Assembly (NCBI GenBank): GCA_965237895.1
Contig: CBDEGR010000002.1
Span: 1,350,132-1,414,131, forward strand
Reading direction: 5' to 3'
DNA from: Terriglobia bacterium
GTDB taxonomy: Bacteria > Acidobacteriota > Terriglobia > UBA7540 > JAPUME01
DNA length: 64,000 nt
Shown here: piece after piece, positions 28,836 through 38,087 of the stretch
Position numbering within the stretch: the first letter of the stretch is position 1
How the letters are laid out: each line of letters begins with the position of its first letter
Notes under the pieces: model-generated
Seen by the model: only the letters and a program-made list of their open reading frames with translations
What the model was told of the DNA's origin: nothing
Databases searched by the model: none
Translations under genes and position numbers: made by a program

Positions 28836-30097
28836 ATTGTTCCAGTCTTCGAACCGCTGGGGGTTTGGTAACCCGTACCAGACCTCCACGGTTCGGCGAT
28901 CCTGGACCAGAACCTTCTTCACCAGCCGGTGGAGGAGGTGCTTCTTTTGGGGGGTTCGGGCCCTCCGCCATGACCTGCTCGAAGTTCTCGACGATGTCGG
29001 CCAGCCTGTCCCGGTCGACGGCGGGCAGCTCCAGCCTCTCCCGCCGGGCCTCGAGGTCCCGCTTCTCGGCCTCCAGCTCCTCCAACCGGGCGCGCAGGTC
29101 CCGGACCTTCTCGTTGCAGAGCTCCGCCTGCAGCGTCCCCGCCTCGAACGCCTCGAAGTAGCGGTCCATCGCCGCTTGGGCCTTCGCGGCCTGCGCCTCG
29201 ACCTTCCCGATCTCCTTCTCCAGAATCGGCTTCTCGGTGCCGAGCCGCTTGTTCGCCTCCGCCCAGATGCGCGCCATGAACTGCTCGTCGCGGAACATCG
29301 CCTTGATGTCCTCGGTGAACGCGGATTCCAGCAGCTCGGCCCGCACGTAGTCTTGCTCGCAGTCGTGGTCGTTGAAGCGCCTGGAGCAGACGTAGTACGG
29401 GACATGGACACCATTCTTGTAGCCCCCGCCTCCGAACATGTGGCTCTTGCAGCGAGCGCACTTGATGATGCCCGTGAGGAGCCGCTCGTCGCCGTTGTGC
29501 CACTGGCGTCCCTTCAGGTCTTCGTGCCGTTCCTGGAGGACCTCGTTCGCCTTCTCGAAGAGCACCTCCGACACGAGCGGGTCGTGCTGGCCCTCGTAGA
29601 GCACCTCGCGCCAGCGGATTTTCCCCACGTAGACCGGGTTCTTGAGCATGTAGAGGACCACGCGCCGGCCCCACTTCCGGCCGCTGCGGTTCCGGTGGCC
29701 GGCCTCGTTGAGCTGGTTGCAGATCGCCGACGCGCCCTCCTTCCCGAGGGCGTACATCTTGAACATTTTGCGGACGATGAGCGCCTCTTCCTCGTGGACG
29801 ACCAAGCCCTTCTCCGGTTCGAGCGTGAAGCCGTAGGGCACGTTGCCGCCGACGAAGTTTCCGCCCTTGGCCTTCTTCTCCATCCCGACCTTCGTGCGCT
29901 CGACGATGGTCGCGTGTTCAAACTCGGCGAAGACGCCGAGCATCTGGAGCATCATCTTCCCGGCAGCGTTGGCGGTGTCGAAAGGCTCGGTGATGCTCTT
30001 GAGGACGACGCCGTACTTCGCGAGCTCGTCCACCATCTGGGCGAGCTCGCGCACCTTGCGGGAGAGGCGGTCCACGCGGAAGACGAGGAGCGTGTTG
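28821..30097 (-). pseudogene. large serine recombinase, N-terminally truncated and frameshifted near the C-terminus
   Basis: Reads ...NTLLVFRVDRLSRKVRELAQMVDEL, a recombinase domain (VPYGFTLE...IVRKMF), a zinc ribbon (CARCKSHM...YYVC) and a coiled coil. The catalytic-Ser N-terminus is missing at the IS junction (30097/30098). The native C-terminus ...QKKHLLHRLVKKVLVQDRRTVEVWYGLPNPQRFEDWNNWLLG* is reached only by a frame change in the G6 run at 28949-28954. Confidence 0.85.
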
Positions 30098-30131
30098 TGA
30101 CCTGCCCCCAGTGATTGTACCAACTCGTATG

Positions 30132-31027
30132 TTAGTTCAGCGGTAATTCTGTCCCTAGGTCGGGAGGCAGCTGCCTCCCGAGCAGCGGCGGGATTTCCAT
30201 GGCCTCCGGTGCCGGTGGACGATAACCAAGAGCACTGTGAGGTCGAACCCTGTTGTAGTGTCGCCTCCACTGCTCGATTAACACCTTCGCTTCCTGCAAG
30301 GTGTAGAAGATCTCCCGGTCGAGCAACTCGTCTCGGAGCTTCCCATTAAAGCTCTCGTTGTAGCCGTTCTCCCAGGGACTCCCGGGTTGGATGTAGAGCG
30401 TCTTCACTCCGATTCGCCCCAGCCACTCTCGTAGAGCTTGGGCGCAGAACTCCGGGCCATTATCCGAGCGAAGGTGCTCGGGCGGACCTCGGAGAACGAA
30501 CAGATCGGCCAGTAGCTGCACGACATCGTCGGATCGAATCTGGCGGGCCACCTGGATAGCCAGACATTCCCGAGTGTACTCATCGATGACCGTCAACAAC
30601 CGGAAAGCCCTCCCGTCGTGAGTGCGGGCTTGGACGAAGTCGTAAGCCCAGACGTGGTTCGGACTGCAGGGGCGCAGACGAACGCACGATCCGTCGTTGA
30701 GCCAAAGGCGTCCACGCTTCGGCTGTTTCTGCGGCACTCTCAACCCCTCCCGCCTCCAGATGCGCTCCACTCTCTTATGGTTGACCCTCCAGCCGGCTCG
30801 CCGCAGCAAGGCCGTGACCCGACGATAGCCATAGCGACCAAACCGACCGGCCAGGGTGACGATGGCCCTCGTCAGGGCATCCTCGTCGGGAGCAGCGATG
30901 CATCGATGGTGCTGGGTGGACCGGGGTTGGCTGAGCACTCGACAAGCCCGGCGTTCCGAGACACCCAACGCCTTACAGACATGCGCCGCCCACTGCCGGC
31001 GACGCGCCGGGCTTAGCCGTTTCCCCT
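30132..31027 (-). CDS. IS3-family transposase OrfB (rve/DDE integrase core)
   Basis: Reads ...NHVWAYDFV...[12 protein letters not shown]...[11 protein letters not shown]...[22 protein letters not shown]...[14 protein letters not shown]. Entered from orfA by a -1 shift at G_GGA_AAC (31019-31025). Confidence 0.85.
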
Positions 31028-31290
31028 TGTGACCTCCTGCAGAATCTGCTTGTCCAAGGTCAGGTCTGCAACCGCCCTCCTCAAGCGAGTGTTCTCCTGC
31101 TCGAGGACCTTCAACCGCTTGGCCTGATCCATCTTTAGACCGCCCTACTCCTTTCGCCAGCGGTAATAGGTCTGCTCGGTCACCCCCAACGACCGGCACA
31201 CCTCGGCTACGCTGCGACCCTGGGCAAGTTCCACTTCGGTCTCTCGAAGTTTACCGATAATCTGTTCGATCGAATGCTTCCTCTTGACCA
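31013..31290 (-). pseudogene. IS3-family transposase OrfA, disrupted twice
   Basis: MVKRKHSIEQ, then a 1-nt gap (CAGTTATC where relatives I recall have CAGATTATC), then [38 protein letters not shown][TAG 31145-31147][21 protein letters not shown]. Relatives I recall have Tyr at that position. Confidence 0.7.
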
Positions 31291-31357
31291 TCCTGACCTC
31301 CCTATTCCAGGTCCAACTCTAACATTAGAACTGGACCGGTTTGAGGGGGTCAGGTCA

Positions 31358-31471
31358 CGCGTCCGACCGTCTTTCCCTCGTCGAGCACGAGCCGAACCGC
31401 GCCTGTCTTGAACTCATCCGTGAACCGGCGCCGTGCTCGGCGCGTGCCTGTCTGTGTCGCCATCGTGGACA
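31358..31471 (-). pseudogene. 38-codon N-terminal fragment of a second IS3-type OrfA, cut by the IS above
   Basis: MSTMATQTGTRRARRRFTDEFKTGAVRLVLDEGKTVGR ends exactly at the IS3 right terminus (31357/31358). Confidence 0.6.
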
Positions 31472-31585
31472 TCGTATCGCCTCGAACAGGACCCTAGGCT
31501 CCGGCTCCGCCGGTAGTGTCACCTCCATGTCTTCCTTCGCCTCCGTCGCTGGATCTTGGTGTGAGTCTACGTACGAGCGCGAGTT

Positions 31586-32653
31586 TCACGCGTTCCTGGG
31601 TGTGACATAGGCATCCACCGCGGACACGCCTTTCACATCGATCGTATCAAGTGCCCTCTCGGCAAACGAATGAAGCGTATCGTCAACCCACGGGTCAACC
31701 GTGTTTCGGTGTGATTCAGAATCCGACAAGACTTGTTCTAGCGGTTCTACGGCCTCGTGATCGCCGCTGGCTGCGAGCCCGACTGCGGCCATCGCACGGT
31801 CGAGATCATTCGCCTCGCTGTTGGACGCTGCGAGAATGCGCTTGAGCAACGGGATGACGCGCTCGTCTTCGAACCGGCCGAGTACAGGCATCCAGCTGGT
31901 GTCCGCGTTGCTCTCGTTCGCGTCGCGGAGCAGGTGCTCTAGTCCGCGGCGATCGCCAAGCTCAGCCAACGCCGCGCCAGCACGGTAGGACACAAACTTC
32001 ATGTTGAAGTCGTCATCAACACGGTGCATGGTGCGTTCAAGCGCATCCAGCGCGGCGTTTCCGAATTGCCCAGTAGCCAACGCATGTACTATTCGCGAGT
32101 TCTCCCCGGTACCCTCAACAAGGGCGTCAATGAGCACAGACACGCCTTCCTCAGCTCGCCCGATATTGCCGAGCGCCCAGATTGATGCCTCGTGGAGCGA
32201 ACTACGCCTGACGCGCGCAGCCAAAGGTCCGACCGCTCTCACGTCTCGAAGTAGCCCGAGTGACCAGGCTGCCGTTCGCTGTTTTCCTGGGAATCCCTGA
32301 TCCAAGAGATTCAACAGCGGCGTAAGTGCTGGCTCGCCGAAGCTCGCCAGAATCTTAGGCGCGGGCGCAGTGAATGTGTCGAACTCGTCGCTTGTGATTG
32401 AGTAACCCGATTCCTTAAGACAATGAATGAACGGTTCAATGGCCTGGGTGGCCCCTAAATCCGCAAGGGCACGAGCCGCGCGGAAGATATAGTCCGCCAC
32501 CTCGGCACTTTTAATGTTCCAGTCCTTGTGTTTGGATAGTCGATTACTGTGTTCTGCGTCCGTGAACACCGCAAGCAACCCCTCTATGTCCTTCTTGGCG
32601 TGGAGCTTGTCTACGTCAGGCGCCTGAGAGAACAGGCTCGACAGGAATCCCAT
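31586..32653 (-). CDS. HEAT/PBS-lyase-like repeat protein (hypothetical)
   Basis: 355 aa. Recurring ...A(A/I)xALGxxGxxxAVxPLxxxL... units (AARALADLGATQAIEPFI, AAWSLGLLRDVRAVGPLA, ASIWALGNIG, AGAALAELGDRRGLEHLL, AAVGLAASGDHEAVEPLE). Confidence 0.6.
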   Translation of the reverse strand: MGFLSSLFSQAPDVDKLHAKKDIEGLLAVFTDAEHSNRLSKHKDWNIKSAEVADYIFRAARALADLGATQAIEPFIHCLKESGYSITSDEFDTFTAPAPKILASFGEPALTPLLNLLDQGFPGKQRTAAWSLGLLRDVRAVGPLAARVRRSSLHEASIWALGNIGRAEEGVSVLIDALVEGTGENSRIVHALATGQFGNAALDALERTMHRVDDDFNMKFVSYRAGAALAELGDRRGLEHLLRDANESNADTSWMPVLGRFEDERVIPLLKRILAASNSEANDLDRAMAAVGLAASGDHEAVEPLEQVLSDSESHRNTVDPWVDDTLHSFAERALDTIDVKGVSAVDAYVTPRNA

Positions 32654-32749
32654 GAACTATCTCCCAAGGTGTGCGTTGGCATCAAACCGGGATTTCCGTT
32701 TTGCCTGCCCCGGATGGCTCATTTATACACCCCAAAGCCGCCGAGCGCA

Positions 32750-34320
32750 CGAGATCGTTTTCGTCGCACCATCGTCCAGGTCCGAAGGCCGTCACGCCAG
32801 CCCGCGCTGACGTGTCGCGGGCTGGAGGTCCGTGCTTCCAGGGCATTCCTTCGACACCGCTCCTCACTTGTGTCCTCGTTTTGCCAAGCCGGCGTCCTTG
32901 CACTCGCCGTGCGTCAACCTGCCGGGACCGGTAGCGCCCAGATCCGCTGCAGCATCGCCCCGAACAGGCGTCGGGTCAGGTGACTCTCCGCCAGGAACAG
33001 CCAGTAGTAGCGCGCGTGTTTCACTAACCGCGCGCCCGTCTTGACGAGGTGCTGCTGCAGGCTGGTCAACGACCAGCGCTCGATGCGTTTGGGCAGCACC
33101 AGCCGCCGCCACAGATTCCCGAGGTTGTAGGCCAACACACTCAGCTGCAATCGGACCTCGTTCGCCCGGAAGCGGTGACACGAGAGCCGCGTCCAATGCG
33201 CGGCCTGCTTGCCTTCCTTGATCCACTGTTCCGCCGTGCCTCGCTTGTTGTAGAACCGCACGACAGCACGATTCGGGATCTGGAGATTCGTTACAATGAA
33301 GCCGACGCGCGGGAACAGCTCGCCGACGTGGTGCTCGACTTTCGCCACGACCCGTCTGGGCGTGGCCCAGCTCTCCGCCTGATACTGGAAGCTCTTGTAG
33401 CGGACGAGCGGCGTGCGGCTGGGCCGTCCCGGTGCCCGGAACAGCACGTCCTCGATCGCCAGCTCCAGATTCTTGTTGGCCGGGATGCGGATGGCGTAGC
33501 CCACGCCGCGTGCCTCCAGCGCCTCGTAGATCGCCGGCCGCGCAAAGGCGGCGTCGGCCCGGAACGCTACGCGCCTGCCCTGCGCCTGCTGCCGGTCAAT
33601 CTCCGGCGCCAACAACTCGTCCCAGTCGTCCGCGCTGGAGACGTTACCCGGTCGTAGCTTGGCCGCCAGGCAGTCCCCGTCGTCATTGAACAGAAACAGC
33701 GGGTGATAGCAGACCGTCTCGAAGTGCCCGTTGTAGGCACTGCCTTCCTGCTGCCCGTGTACCGGGCTCTCGCTGGAGTCCATGTCGAGCACGACGCGGT
33801 CGGCGTGGTCGCACGTCTCGGCCTGCCCGATCAGGTCGCGGTTCACGGCCATCAACCCGACGAGGTTGTCGTCACGGGTCAGCAGTTCGGTCTCGAACCA
33901 ATGCAGGGTGGACGTCAGCGCCGCGCTCCGGTCCCACCGCGTCGGCGATCCCATCAGGCGAAACGTCGGATCGGTCGAGAGACGCTGCGCGTCGTTGAGG
34001 TCTTGGTAGCCCGCCAAGCGGCTGTACACCGACTGCCGCAGGAGGTCGGGCAACCGGAACTGCGTGTTCAGTCCGTGGCGGGAGTCGCGCAGGTGCTCGG
34101 CGATGATCGCTTCCAGCCCGAGGCGTTCATCCAACTCGCGGACCAGAATCAGGCCGGCGTCGGAGGTGATGCGCGACCCCTGAAACGCGACCTTCAGAAA
34201 CCCGTTGAACGTGAACTGAAAGGGCGCGGTTTGTAATTCACCCACTGGGTGTCACCCTCCGTGGCCTGGTTTCTCTCGAGAAACCCGCGAAAATCAAGGC
34301 GTGACGACTGATCGCATGGG
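32750..34320 (-). mobile_element. IS1380-family insertion sequence (ends approximate)
   Basis: Single long transposase gene. Tentative inverted ends are GATCGTTTTCGTCGCACC (about 32752) and GGCGTGACGACTGATC (about 34316). The match is weak. Confidence 0.45.
32914..34245 (-). CDS. IS1380-family DDE transposase
   Basis: 443 aa. Contains VVLDMDSSESPVHGQQEGSAYNGHFETVCYHPLFLF, LRPGNVSSADDW, FYNKRGTAEQWIKEGK and LSCHRFRANEVRLQLSVLAYNL. Confidence 0.85.
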   Translation of the reverse strand: MGELQTAPFQFTFNGFLKVAFQGSRITSDAGLILVRELDERLGLEAIIAEHLRDSRHGLNTQFRLPDLLRQSVYSRLAGYQDLNDAQRLSTDPTFRLMGSPTRWDRSAALTSTLHWFETELLTRDDNLVGLMAVNRDLIGQAETCDHADRVVLDMDSSESPVHGQQEGSAYNGHFETVCYHPLFLFNDDGDCLAAKLRPGNVSSADDWDELLAPEIDRQQAQGRRVAFRADAAFARPAIYEALEARGVGYAIRIPANKNLELAIEDVLFRAPGRPSRTPLVRYKSFQYQAESWATPRRVVAKVEHHVGELFPRVGFIVTNLQIPNRAVVRFYNKRGTAEQWIKEGKQAAHWTRLSCHRFRANEVRLQLSVLAYNLGNLWRRLVLPKRIERWSLTSLQQHLVKTGARLVKHARYYWLFLAESHLTRRLFGAMLQRIWALPVPAG

Positions 34321-34404
34321 CAAAAGTACCACAGCCAATCGGAAATCCGGGGTTGAGACTGCTCCGCGTGCTCTGATCGCGCAGGAAATCACAGAGGACA
34401 GCAA

Positions 34405-34480
34405 ATGACACCTAAGGACTGCAAACGCCTGGCCGAGGTGGACTTCCCCATCGCGTGGTCTCGAAACACTCCGCACGGGA
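34405..34480 (+). pseudogene. N-terminal stub of a DUF1156-type DNA methylase
   Basis: MTPKDCKRLAEVDFPIA, then (after a frame slip) VVSKHSAREKS. This resembles the conserved IEVxFPIxxISxxSAREKSIRHGH opening of that family as I recall it. Nothing follows. Confidence 0.35.
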
Positions 34481-34526
34481 GAAGTCGTGATCCGCGCCGG
34501 CGCGGATCTGATCGACGGACACTTCA

Positions 34527-35119
34527 CTACTCCGGCTGTTCGATCAGTTCCTCAAACCGGGCCCTTTGAGTCGTGGGGTCTTCTATATGGGCAATTGGCC
34601 GCAGGGCGCGCTCCGTAATCGCTGGCCGGTGCGTCGTCTCCGGCAGGAACAGGATGTACTCTTGGATTTCCGGGGCCAGCTGTAGAAGACCCATGACTTG
34701 GGTCACCCGCGCCCGGGTGATGCCCTGTCGGCGGGCGATGTCGGCCTGATTGGTGGCGTCGCCGGATTCGAGGAGGGCCTGCCACTCGATGGCCTTGAGG
34801 AGGAGCTCCACCACGCGAGGCGTCTTGGGTTCCTTGGGCGGTTTGCGATTGCGCAGGCGTGGAGGGACGGCGCTCACGACCCGGTCGGCGGGCACACGGC
34901 GCGTCAGGGTGCCGATGTTGCCGTTTTCGAAGGCCCCCTTGGGCCCCACAGGGCGATCTCGACGGTCTGTTCGCGGTAGGCGGCCACGGGCGCGCCGTCG
35001 TGGGCTTCGAGGGCGACGTGTAGGATGCGGAACCAGACTTCGGGCTCGGCCCATCCTGGGCGGCCGCGTCGAAAACTGGTACAGTCGGGGAGCCAAATTT
35101 TTCTTATAGTTAGGGGCAT
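34527..35119 (-). pseudogene. HTH (ParB/KorB-like) DNA-binding protein, frameshifted
   Basis: The N-terminal frame (35119 down) reads MPLTIRKIWLPDCTSF...EIALWGP. It continues in another frame as KGAFENGNIG...NQADIARRQGITRARVTQVMGLLQLAPEIQEYIL. The shift lies in the C/G runs at 34934-34947. Confidence 0.5.
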
Positions 35120-35279
35120 GCACCAGCAAGCCTAATTCTTGGCTGTAGCGAGAAGTGTAGCGGGTGAGCGTCGCTAGAGTCCTCCTCCAGCCTCCTAATG
35201 CCCCTCCAGAGAGGTTTCCGCCAGCCTACCTAAGTCACAATCTTTCCGAAGACTTAAGGCTTCAGTCCCCCGGTGGCCC

Positions 35280-36062
35280 CACTGTACATTTGATACGGAT
35301 GAGCTGATCGAAAAGGCCGTCGCTCGGATCAAGGAGATCGAGGAGATCAAGCCGGTCCGTATCGCCATGTCACGCCGCGATATTGAAATCACTGAAGCGG
35401 GTGTCGCCGCCGACCGCGAGCTAGAGGCTCGTATACGCGAAGCCGAGCCGGTGAAGATGTTGCCGGACATTCTTGCCTATCTCCAGAAGGAGACAGAGCT
35501 AACACGGCACACGCTCGTTGAGATTCTCAAAAACTCCGGGCGGCTGTCCGAGTTCCAGTTAAACCCACAGGCTTTCATGGCAGCGGTCGCCAAGGCAATT
35601 TCGAGGGCTCTGCATGACCTGATGCTCGAAGGTATCCAGTATGAGAAGGTGGCGGGCCAGCACTGGGAAATGACTAGGATCGAGCAGGACGCCGAAGACG
35701 GCATCGTCCGTTATCTGACCAATCTCTATGAGGTGCAGAACAAGAAAAAGACGCTCTTCGACGCTACCGAGTACGAGTCCGAGGTCGAGAAGCAATTCGC
35801 AATGGATTTGGACAACAACGAGAACGTGAAGCTTCCAGGTTGGTTCAAGATCGATACGCTGATTGGCCCGTACAACCCGGATTGGGCGTTCGTCACGGAG
35901 CGTGAGAAGAAGCTTTATTTTGTGCGGGAGACCAAGAGTACGCTGGATTCCGAGGAGCGGCGCTCCAAAGAGAACCAGAAAGTTGCCTGCGGCCACAAGC
36001 ACTTCGAGACCATAGGAGTTGATTACGACGTAGTGACTTCATTGCGTGAGGTGAACTTCTAG
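35280..36062 (+). pseudogene. C-terminal fragment of a type III restriction enzyme Res-like subunit
   Basis: Reads ...YNPDWAFVTEREKKLYFVRETKSTLDSEERRSKENQKVACGHKHFETIGVDYDVV. This is the endonuclease tail pattern (PD...ExK, then CGxxHF). There are no helicase motifs upstream and no credible start. Confidence 0.55.
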
Positions 36063-36083
36063 CATTCTTTCGCTGGAGGGCAT

Positions 36084-36396
36084 ATGTATCTATTGCAGCG
36101 CACTATCCGAAACTTCCGGCAATTTGGCGAAGGTCTCGCCGAGCTTCAGATCACATTTCAAGAAGGTGTGACCGCCTTAGTTGGGCGCAACGACACTGGA
36201 AAATCTGCCGTTATCGACGAGATTCAATATGCGCTATTGACGCGCGATCAAGAAATCATCCGTGTCCAGCGGGAGGACTTCCATATTGACGGTGCAGGAA
36301 AGCAAGCCAGCGAGATTTACATCGGCTGTAAGCTGGGGTTGCCTCAGCGACGACGAAAAAGGGGCTTTCGCGGAGTATCATTCAAAGGTAGATTAA
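36084..36396 (+). pseudogene. N-terminal fragment of an OLD-family / AAA_15-type ATPase
   Basis: MYLLQRTIRNFRQFGE...VTALVGRNDTGKSAVIDEIQYAL (Walker A). A frame slip follows near 36330, then LSDDEKGAFAEY and a stop. The rest of the protein is absent. Confidence 0.5.
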
Positions 36397-36399
36397 CCC

Positions 36400-36609
36400 T
36401 TGGCTTATCGTGATACCGCCTCCTTTTGGAAGCGACAAGAATTTGTAGCTATTGCCGAGCTATTGAGACGCGGCTTTGACGTATACCTCACGTTGGTGGA
36501 TGACCAGCAAATTGATTGCGTGATCCGAATGGAAGGAAGAAGGGTAAGTTTTCTCTACAAAGATAGAAGCCGTTTTTTAGTCCCGGAATCGTTTTATGAA
36601 TCTCTTTGA
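36400..36609 (+). pseudogene. possible PD-(D/E)XK nuclease-like fragment
   Basis: 69-aa ORF. QEFVAIAELLRRGFDVYLTLVDDQQIDCVIR resembles the N-terminal half of small PD-(D/E)XK endonucleases, but the C-terminal half does not. Confidence 0.25.
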
Positions 36610-37840
36610 CGTAGTGGCGATCTTGTTGTGCCTGTCGGCGTTGTTCGGGTACATCAATTATCGTTACTTGCACCTTCCTTCTACGATTGGAATCGTAATC
36701 ATCGCGCTGGCCTCCTCCATCTGCATAGTTGCTCTTGACCTGATGGTGCCGTCCATGAACGTTGGGCCGCTGGTTTCAGGCGCATTGGCCCAGATCGACT
36801 TCCACGAAGCGCTCATGCACGGCATGTTGAGCTTTCTGCTGTTCGCCGGAGCCTTGCACGTCGATTTTTCCGATCTGGCAAGCCGCAAATGGTCCATCGC
36901 GCTGATGGCCACCGTCGGAGTGCTGATCTCCACCTTCATCGTCGGCACGCTCATGTGGTACGCCCTGGAATTGCTGGGCGTCCCGATTCCGTTCCTCTGG
37001 GCGCTGGTGTTCGGCTCACTGATCAGCCCCACGGACCCGGTGGCGGTGCTGGGAATTTTGAAGACGGTCAAGGTGCCGAAATCGTTGGAGGCAAAGATCG
37101 CCGGCGAGTCGCTCTTTAATGACGGCGTGGGCGTGGTGGTGTTTACGATTATCGTCGCCATCGCCGTGGGCGGCGAGCACGGCGGCGTGGGCCCGGCTGA
37201 GGTTGTTCGGTTGTTTGTGCATGAAGCGGTGGGCGGCGCGGTGTTGGGTATGTTGGCCGGATACGCCGCCTACCGGGCCCTGCGCGCGGTTGATGAATAC
37301 AATCTTGAAGTCATTATCACGTTGGCCCTGGTGATGGGCGCTTATGCCGTAGCGCGATTCACGCACACCAGCGGGCCGATTGCGGTCGTCGTGGCCGGGC
37401 TCTTCATCGGCAACCACGGTGTGAAGTTCGCGATGAGCGAGACCACCCGCAACCATCTGCTCAATTTCTGGTCGCTGACGGACGAGATTCTCAACTCGGT
37501 CCTGTTTCTGCTGATCGGCTTGGAAGTGCTGGTGATGCGGTTCGATAGGGACTTTATCAGCGCCGGTTTGCTGGCGATTCCGGTTGTTTTTTTCGCTCGG
37601 CTGATCAGCGTCTCGATTCCCATCTCTCTGCTCTCTTTGTTGAAGGATTTTACGAAAGGCGCCGTGCCGGTGTTGGTCTGGGGAGGACTGCGCGGCGGCA
37701 TCTCGGTGGCGCTGGCCTTCTCGCTGCCGGAAAACGATCTGAAGGCGCTGATTCTCGCCGTTACTTATTCTGTGGTTGTTTTTTCCATCGTCGTGCAGGG
37801 GCTGACGATCAAGCGAGTCGTTTCCAAAGTGGTTCGGTAA
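36596..37840 (+). CDS. cation:proton antiporter (CPA1, NhaP-type Na+/H+ exchanger)
   Basis: 414 aa, about 11-12 TM helices. [11 protein letters not shown] and [13 protein letters not shown] motifs. Confidence 0.88.
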   Translation: MNLFDVVAILLCLSALFGYINYRYLHLPSTIGIVIIALASSICIVALDLMVPSMNVGPLVSGALAQIDFHEALMHGMLSFLLFAGALHVDFSDLASRKWSIALMATVGVLISTFIVGTLMWYALELLGVPIPFLWALVFGSLISPTDPVAVLGILKTVKVPKSLEAKIAGESLFNDGVGVVVFTIIVAIAVGGEHGGVGPAEVVRLFVHEAVGGAVLGMLAGYAAYRALRAVDEYNLEVIITLALVMGAYAVARFTHTSGPIAVVVAGLFIGNHGVKFAMSETTRNHLLNFWSLTDEILNSVLFLLIGLEVLVMRFDRDFISAGLLAIPVVFFARLISVSIPISLLSLLKDFTKGAVPVLVWGGLRGGISVALAFSLPENDLKALILAVTYSVVVFSIVVQGLTIKRVVSKVVR

Positions 37841-38012
37841 GCGGCGAATCATAGTGACTTGACCGTTTTTCTCTCCGATCTTGAGAGAAATTATATGGAG
37901 ATGGTTGACGGGTTGCTGGGGCAATCTGCGAGAATCCGCTCGCTCGAAGTAGGAGGGGACGGTAAAGCATTGGTTGCGGAAGCGGCGCTTTCAGTGGGCT
38001 GGAATTTTTGAC

Positions 38013-38070
38013 ACTTACAAACCGCACACATCGTAAAAAGAGCGATGTATGCGCCACCCGCGTAGTTTCC
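38013..38070. repeat. hairpin repeat, family A, copy 3 (inverted, short-loop version)
   Basis: The reverse complement GGAAACTACGCGGGTGGCGCATACATCGCTCTTTTTACGATGTGTGCGGTTTG aligns with copies 1 and 2. Lies just downstream of the minus-strand methyltransferase stop. Confidence 0.7.
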
Positions 38071-38087
38071 TTCACATAAACCGGCAC

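Larger units (their letters stand above)
30098..31357 (-). mobile_element. IS3-family insertion sequence (1260 bp)
   Basis: Imperfect terminal inverted repeats TGACCTGCCCCC... (30098) and ...GGGGGTCAGGTCA (31357), ending TG/CA. orfA/orfB organisation with a slippery heptamer. The flanks do not show a target duplication. Confidence 0.85.
28821..36595. mobile_element. degraded integrative island inserted at the 3' end of tRNA-Asn
   Basis: Starts with a serine recombinase gene whose last 15 nt are the tRNA 3' end. Contains two IS elements plus a third IS fragment and only fragments of other genes. The right limit is set at the start of the first intact housekeeping-type gene (antiporter). No direct repeat of the tRNA end was found by eye. 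Confidence 0.5.
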
